Below, one piece after another: positions 50,001 through 59,000 of a stretch of DNA of 64,000 bases. Every line of letters starts with the position of its first letter. Position 1 is the first letter of the stretch. Where the stretch lies: NCBI GenBank assembly GCA_002633005.1, contig NMRA01000200.1:60430-124429 (forward strand), given 5' to 3'. The notes beneath the pieces are model-generated. The model had not been told where the DNA came from and did no database searches. It saw only the letters and a program-made list of their open reading frames with translations. The translations under genes and the position numbers were made by a program. The DNA comes from Phoronis australis (taxonomy: Eukaryota; Animalia; Phoronida).

Positions 50001-53000
50001 TTCCGTCAATCCGCTATAGAAGTCCCATATAAGTTAATTACTGGAGTTAAAAATTAACAGAGTAACTATTGAATATATTCTCATGAGGAGTATATGTAGA
50101 AACAATGAACGGAGATAGCTTACCTTTTTCCAAGACATCCTAATCTGCTTATTGCTGCACGTATTCACACAAGTCGTGACTCGTCGTAGACAAATGTTCA
50201 GCAATCACGAAGCACCCAACGCAGTTTTCCTTGCGCCATAGTAAAATCGCTATTAAAACTAATTAGAAAAATAAAAATGCCACCGGAAATGCATGCTATG
50301 TCTCTGTTGGAAATCTGGTTTCTTAAAGCGCAAGAAACCTGGAAATTAATTCCAATCATGTGTTTACAAAATGCTTTTGGGATTCTCATTGTTGTTTTTG
50401 TGGTTGACTGCACAGGCGCTATTCCTCGATCACCACTGTCGTCATTCACTACTATGAAAACATGCGTTTCTATTATTAGCCATCGGGAAATTCGAGCGCC
50501 TGTGGTTGACTGGTGTTATGGGCATGCCGATGGGGAGATCGGAGGGATTGGAAAAAGTCGCCGCTTTTTGCAAGTTGTGTTTAGTTTAGTTGTTGATTAT
50601 GTGTGGATTGTTTATAAAACTTACTGAAATTACCCACCATCAAACATTTATGGCACAATGAAACAACAACGACCTGTAAATTTTTATTTTTTTGAAGTAC
50701 GACCACCAGTCATTTTGAATTTAAATCAAACACAACCACCCATAAATTTTTATTTCAACTGCCGTCCCCCCCTCCCATACGGATTTTACTGGAACAGCCC
50801 TGAGCCAATGCACGACCATTTAATGTATTTTTCACAGAACAAAACCATCCTCTCAAAGCAATCGTCAGGCAACAGTGTTCTCCACAAACTGTTTCCCCTC
50901 AACACAGCAACGAGTTTGGATTTTGCTGTGTCGTGCTTGGCTCGCCTGTGCTGAGTTTGAAAAACAATATGATGAGTTTAAACTCATTGGATACTACTTC
51001 ATTTCTAAGGTTTGGCACCAGTTCAGCGTAATGATTACTACAACTTAGACACAAGCCCCCTCTATTGGAGAACACTGAAAAACAGCAGCAAGCAAGAAAC
51101 TACCGTGAGCATGTCTTATCATAATTGGTGACTCACCGGACCCAGGAACCCAAGGAGACCTGTTCGTACAAATGAGTGCTCACCAATAGCACGACCATCA
51201 CTGGCCAGAGGGTGGATCTAAAATGCAAAAACAGATCAGTAGACAGACTACAGATGGCGCTTTATTGCATGTTGTCAAATCATCTGTTATGACAGCACGT
51301 CTGGTCATTCTGATATTATGAAATACACACAATTGAGCAATCAGCTTGACATTAATGACACTGAGGAGAAAGGCTGAAGTCAACAGGGTATTTCATTAAG
51401 CGCTTGTAAATCTGTCACAACTAATTACTGGTTTTCTTCTATACAGCATTCGCTCGACTTACACAAGCTCATACAGTGTCATCAACTTATCAAATTGACA
51501 TCTGATTCCGACTTAAGTTTCTGCAGTGAATTGTCAGGCGATAACCAACTGATTTTCGCCAAGTTTTATCTTTACTTGGCATTTTTTAAACACCTTTGAT
51601 GAAACACTGCAAATTCCAACATCTATACTTCAAACATGTTGTTTATTGAGGGCAACAGTCACTAACTCTGAACATGTTGTTTATTGAGGGCAACACAGTC
51701 ACTAACTCTGAACATGTTGTTTATTGAGGGCAACACAGTCACTAACTCTGAACATGTTGTTTATTGAGGGCAACACAGTCACTAACTCTGAACACGTTGT
51801 TTATTGAGGGCAACACAGTCACTAACTCTGAACATGTTGTTTAATGAGGGCAACACATAGTTACTAACCCTGAACGTGTTGTTAGAGATGCCTGTCAGGC
51901 CCCAGTACTCCGTCCCAGAGTAGTTGGAGCTGATGCACAACTCTCCCACCTCATCTGTCTTGCACAAATAGGGCTGACCTTCGACCTTCACCACGACCAT
52001 CATGGCTGCAAAGGACGTAAGACCGTAACACTATCAACCATATTACATTGGGACAGTGCGATTCCACTATCTTGTGAATTATAAATGAACAGGGGCGATC
52101 TACAACTTTGAGAAGAGACAAATTGTTACCAAAGTTAATTTTGGTATGCAAAACAATTGAAAGTACACTTTTAGGTAGAGCAATACACTGCAAAATATAA
52201 AAGATAGTACCACAAAACGTTCTGTACTTCCCACTAATGTAATCCAACATCAAGCACACAGCTTGGGCAAACAGCTCCATGCTGGAGTCAGTTCCACCTA
52301 TAGGGCCAGTACATACCTCCAGGCATCACCTGACCACAGTCCTGGAGTGTGAGTGAGGTCAGACTGTTCTCGCTGTCCACTCGCACCACGCCGTGACTAA
52401 GGCCTTGCATGGAGAGCACCCCCCGGCCCTGGGCACTGCTGCTGGTTTTGCCAGCCCTGTAAAACCACACGAACAGATTAAAGGCTAATGGCACACGAAC
52501 AAAGTGACGGCATGAGATCATGTACATTGAATGCAGGTTCGAATATTTGAATGGTGTGATTAAAACACAACCCATGGAAAAAAGACAGTAAATTAAAACA
52601 ATAGCTGGTGCATATTTGAAGATCAAAATGTCCAAACGTCTTCGCAGTGCAGAATAGAAATAATGTTGGATTTAGACCACTCANATTTTACTTTATTTCT
52701 GTTTTTGTTGATAAAGGAAGTTGTTACCTCCGAAAATTTCAAATTTCAGTTGATCCATTCTTGTTGTTTTATTTACCGATTTATATTCTTCATTTCACGA
52801 AACAATAGTATCCTTGGGAGGATCTGGATCGCCTTATTTAGTTTCAGATATATTTTCTACGTTTTGTTTAGTCAAATTGGAAATGATATCAGAGCTTCGA
52901 CAGAGCAGACAGTGAGTTAGTGTCATGGCGTTTTGTTTTACGAGCCATACATGGTCTCAAGCAACTACCACTTGTAATGAACTGTCAGCTCTTTGCAATG

Positions 53001-56000
53001 AACTGTCAGCTCTTTGTAATGAACTGTCAGCTCTTTGTAATGAACTGTCAGCTCTTTGTAATGAACGGTTAGCTCTTTGTAATAAACTGTCAGCTCTATG
53101 TAATGAATTGTCAGCTCTATGTAATGAATTGTCAGCTCTTTGCAAACCCAGAAATCACTTTTCATCCGAGAGAGGAAAAAGTCGAGACCATTTCACGGCA
53201 GTAAGTGGTCAAAATCAAAAGCTGCTTCTTGGATGGAACGCGGGTTTATAGCCACTTATGCAAGCAACAGGTGTCAGCTGTGATATCCTCAATTACCGCA
53301 GTGCAATCCTGGAAATCTACAGTGCACTGTTGAGGTTATCATGACTTACGTTTAAGCATCAAAGCATAAGCGATAGCCATTTTCTGACATAATGAAATAC
53401 ATGGTGTGGCTAAATACAAATGGAGTATTTGGGGGACGTTCTGCAAACTTGTACGGGGGCTTATAAATCAGTGACAACTCTCGTTGGTTGTTAATTCTTT
53501 GGACCACCATGCAGTCAAATTTCCTTGGTTCCCGGTGGGATAACCACACTGTTTGAGCAGAAATCTCCAACATCTCAACATATGCACAAACAAAAGAAAT
53601 TGTGTTATGTCCCTGTCAACTTGGCCCGTCTTGTACACCAGAATTGGAACTTACATCACGGTAGAGCCACTTTCATGTTCCCACAACCTAAAGAGTTCTA
53701 TCTCGAATTTCCCCATTAGCAAAACGAATTAGCTGAACACAGATAATGAAACGGCAACATCGCTACGCTGCAGAGCCGCCGTTATGGTTTACATACCTTC
53801 TGATGGAGACGGTGAGCGCCTCTGGGCAGGCAGCACAAGGACATATGACCTCAGGCTTGAGACCTTTAGCCTTGAACACATTGAGGAAAGAGTCGCAGGA
53901 CGTGAGGGACCCTGTAACAGTTGGTAATGAACCTTCAATGAGTGTCCTTGGGCCTACTTCATGAATCTCGTGATAATCTCAAATTGAGTTGGTGGCATGA
54001 CCTAAACAGCATTGCTCAGCAGAGAGTAGAGGACAAGATACCTTTCCTGTTATCAAGCCTATGGTATTTGCGAAAGCAAACCTACAATGTCATATCCAAG
54101 AAAATACTTGACCACGGCTGCATTGTGTAGGCGCAAGAAACTCGTGAAAATGTAAGATAATGTAAGAGGACGAGAAATATTGCCATACCCTACAAGCCAA
54201 GCAACAGACAACAGCATTTCTCACCATTGCTTTACGTCATGGAATGCACACCAGGTCAAAAATTTTCTTGACAAAAAAAATCAAATCAAATCTTCCAACT
54301 ATGAATACCGCCTTACTTTACACACAACTGCATGCCTTACTTTACACACAACTGCATGCCTTACTTTACACACAACTGCATGCCTTACTTTACATACTAC
54401 TGCATGCCTTACTTTACATACTACTGCATGCCTTACTTTACACACTACTGCATGCCTTACTTTACATACTACTGCATGCCTTACTTTACATACTACTGCA
54501 TGCCTTACTTTACATACTACTGCATGCCATTGTTCTTAACATCATTGAGACGGATTACTAGAAAAATCGTTTTTATCAATATTTTAATTGCATACTTACA
54601 ATCTCAAAAACTAACATAACCAATAGTCAAACCCAGATTCTCCACGGCAACACCGACAACTTACAGGGGTTGGCTCCATCAGCCACGAGCAGCATGCGTA
54701 AAGTTTTGAGGTCGATATCCTTGTGGTCTTTCTGCGCCAGCAATCCCCAGTGCATGTCACGTGACTTCACTACGGCAACCGTTGCTAAGGGTGACAAGAA
54801 ATAGATGTGTGACAGAGAGACAGTAGGATCAAGTGTTAATCATGTCTAATTTGTATGCCCGGTAAAAAAGACTTTCCCATCAATATCTCTGAAACAAAAT
54901 AATGCTCTGTAACCCTTGACAACCCTCAAAAGTTTGGAGGAAAATTTGAAAACTTTCAGTCTGCTACATTGTAAATGGGCAAGCGTGACCAATGCTTTCA
55001 GCGAATTGCACGGCAACTATTGGGAAAAGACCATCCACCAAGGACCATAATGTCCAATCTATGACATAGGGAGTGCGATTTTTAGTCGATTCCTGACTTT
55101 ATATAGCAAGATTGACCCCAACAATGCACAAGCAGGTGACAGCATGAAAAATAGTTGAAATCGTCAAGACAGGGTTTAGTGTAGGGCACTCTTTCAATAC
55201 CTGAACAACAGAGAGCATAAAAGCTGTTCACTCGCATGAGAGGGCTGGTCAGATAAAGGTGCTGCATGAAAGTAAATGCAAAGCCAGTATTTTCAGATAA
55301 CACAGTTGCTTCACTAACGCCACCTACAGAATTTCAAGACCCATACTTGCTGACGCCGTTGTACACATTCTACAATTGCATGTAGGTTACCTTTAAATCT
55401 TGTAACCATCTTCATCCATGAGGCTGGATCTACCTTCATCAGCGCGTATGGTATAAACACAACATGCATGCCATTGAACACACTCTGTAACAAAGAGTAC
55501 ATCATGGACTCAGCCATCATTAAACAGAAAGACGTCAAGATGAAAACACAACTAAAATGTAGCCAACAGGCCAGATGCATTTTGCAGTACACCAGACATG
55601 TTCAGGCCACATGGCTAGACCCATTGCACTGATTATGGAGACACCTCACCATGGGGTTCCTCATGGATGATATCTTAAAATCTGCACGTTTTTCTCAAGA
55701 ATTTGTATGCTCACTACTGATACTCAAGATATTCCAAGACTCGATCACAATCAGGACCCAGGGTGTGACCTCTAAACACAAGCTCAACTCATACTCGATC
55801 CTTTGTCAATCAAGCTGCATGATTTGAGTAAAAGTTTGTGCAAGGCAATTGGTCAACTGGAGTACAGAGATCAGGTAAGGACAGATGTTCTGCATATCAA
55901 CATGGTCTAGTCAGACGGTTCGCTTGTTATAAAATACTGCAGTGATGTCCATGAACTCCTATTTCTATTGAATACATAGCAAATATTTTAAATTCACAAC

Positions 56001-59000
56001 AAAAAAATAACAACACCACTTGGCAACGAAAATGTTAAGAAATTGACAAATTAATGCTAGGGCAGAAATTCATGATAAAACATGACGTTTCGTTTCACTG
56101 ATTGTATATCATCTTCAGGTAAACATGAAATGCTCAATCAGTGGAATCAGCTGATACACAGTTCACGATTGGTACAAAAAATAGTTCACGATAGCAACAG
56201 CATGACAGAGGTCTGATTGGAATTCAGTAAATTTCTATGCTATTGTGGCTATTTCTAAATTTTTGACAAAAATAACTTAGAAATTGAAAGCTGGTTCTAA
56301 ATTTATCAAATTCACTCACGCTCAATTCTCCCAAGATTTACCAAAATCTGTGATACGACGGTGGTACACCTTTGACTACACTAACAATGGATAGCATGAA
56401 AAACTTACCAATTAAAGGCGAAATGAATTTTCAATGAAAATTCAAAATAAAAGTTCTTTGTTCTGGTAATTAATTGAACAGTTTAGTGCTTTTTGACAGA
56501 CAGTGTACACAAAGCAACCTTAACAATTGCAATTACGGAGCAGTTACAGAGGAATTAACAACAACTAGTAAGTTCTAATAAGCCCGGAGCATGGTGGATT
56601 ATTCGCTTGACTGATGACCATAATATTGGCTATTCTTGAACATCAAAGTAGAGATTAGCAGCTTAATCAATACCGTTAATATGCCGTGCCATAATCCGAT
56701 TTCCTTCTTGAAGTCAATCACAGACACAATGACTTCCGCTGAAAGACAATTGCAAGAAAACAGTAAGTCGGGCTCAAGTCCATAGTTGGCTATGGATTAT
56801 GCCTTGAGTGGTGTCCACTGTGAAGGACGGTCGCGTACAGTATCAGACAAAAGTAACTTGACAAAATACCGTTTTAGACGGCTAATTAAGTTAGCAGTAA
56901 AAATAACTGGCAACAACTATTACGGTGACAAAATTCTAATTACCGAATGGTTTAGTCACCTCATTAACTGGCCTGTTAATTACTCTTCATTCTTAGTGAC
57001 CATGGACGGCTACTCTAATGGTGAATTCGACTTCTGCCCAGTGGTCATCACGGGGAATTACGGGTCATTTTGTCTGAATACGTTTGGCTTGTACTGTAGC
57101 AGCACAAAACGCCGAGTACACTACACTAAGAGTACAGAATAAATAAGTGGATTTAGCAAAATAAGTATTTTCCATTTAACTAAATGAAAATTTTCAATGA
57201 ATTATCCATGCATGGAAATTATTCTTTAGTCATTTTCCAGTTACCATAGCAATGAAAAAATTGCCACTTACCCTCTGTATAGTTGCTGGACACCGTCAGT
57301 GTTCTACAATGATTCAACATGCCTGCCCTCGTCATGGTAACGCCCATCACACTGCCGTCTTTGCCGAAAGTATACTGAGGAAAACAGCATTTTATGCAGG
57401 AGTGAAACGATCATGACCACTTGAACTGCCAATTCCATTTGTTTCAATGATCTTAACATTTGAAAGTTAAACAATACATGTAGAGAGCAACTAGTCCTCT
57501 AAACATGCCTGTGTAACAAATCTATTCAGGTGGTTAACACCCACATTCGTTTGCACACTCAGCCTATAATTCTATAATTCTCTTCTAAGCTTCCCATGTT
57601 TGGTGACTTGAAACACGCACACATTGGTTTTGGTTTGTACTGTACAGGTGTCATAAAACAAAATTTCCATTATTTACGGCAACACAATCAACCTTTTGGA
57701 AATTTGAAAAAAGACAAATTCCTGAAGAATCAGTGTATAATGAAAAGTGGTCGAAATTAGAAGTTGGTTCATCTTGACAGAAAGAGAACCTTAGTGATGG
57801 CAGTTGACTGGCACAACACCCAATCCAACATTTAATGTGATTACTAGATATTCTTAATTTAAGCACTGGGGTACTCAAATGTGACAACTGGACACAAAAA
57901 AATGAGTTGCTGCCTACTTCAATGTATGCCGGTGCTTCGTCAGACAGCCTCGGTGGAGGCATCCAGTCTTTGGGTGGCCGGCTCAGGTGTTCTGTGATGA
58001 ACCATTGTAGCTTGGGCCAACCTGGCAAAGGAAGATATCAAGGACTTAACACCAGCATGATGTAACAGACAAACATAAATCACATTAATAGGACAAGAAG
58101 TAATGGGAGATACTTTCCATATTAACATATACCTGTGGTAGTTCAGTATTGCACGAACTGAGGGGAAAACACCAAAAATATGATACGTAACTAGCTGATA
58201 AACACCAACAAGATTGCCAAACTCTTTTTCTCTCCCACTCCCTTCCCCTCCCCCTCCACCCTCTCCACGTCTCACTTTCCTTCCTCACTCACCCTCTGTC
58301 TACAAGAGTGCAGCTCGTTGTCCACAAACTACTCTATCGTCACCTGGTGACAAGGCATAGATAAGAATTAATAGTATGTGCCCATAATTACAACAAAAAG
58401 TGTAACATTTGAAGCAGAGTCGAGATATAAAGTGATAAGTCACTTGATTCTCAAACATAATTCACTGGATGAGAGAACCACATCAACAACTACAGCAGAC
58501 CTTCGGTGTCCGGGGCATCCTTCACCCAACCTAGGATCAGCATCTGGACGTCCTGTTGGCAGCATTTTGGACGCCCATGTAAAGCAACCAAGTAAGCATA
58601 GGTGTCTGTTTGCATGCTAACAGCAGGTGTGGGACTCAATGGACTGTACAGAATGAAAATATTTCAATATGACATCAGATACGGTAACTTTATTGCAAAC
58701 TCATGTATCCGGAGTGACATACTACACTACTGCTGCAGTATAATTTCAATTGGGGTCATGAAAAAAGCAGTCACGTGTCATTGGTCACGGACACGCTGAG
58801 AGACTAAAAACCACAGTTTGGATGCCTTATTTTTAAATGCTGGATGAACCCTTGGAACACTGTCTAGTCTGGAAACAAATCCTACCAGAAAAGAACGGGA
58901 GTTAACAATGATTCTATTTCTGTACTAGCAATATCTGACCAAGTAACAAGCATGTCAAAATGAGGAAAATGAACGCAAAATTAAGGACCGAATCGATGAG

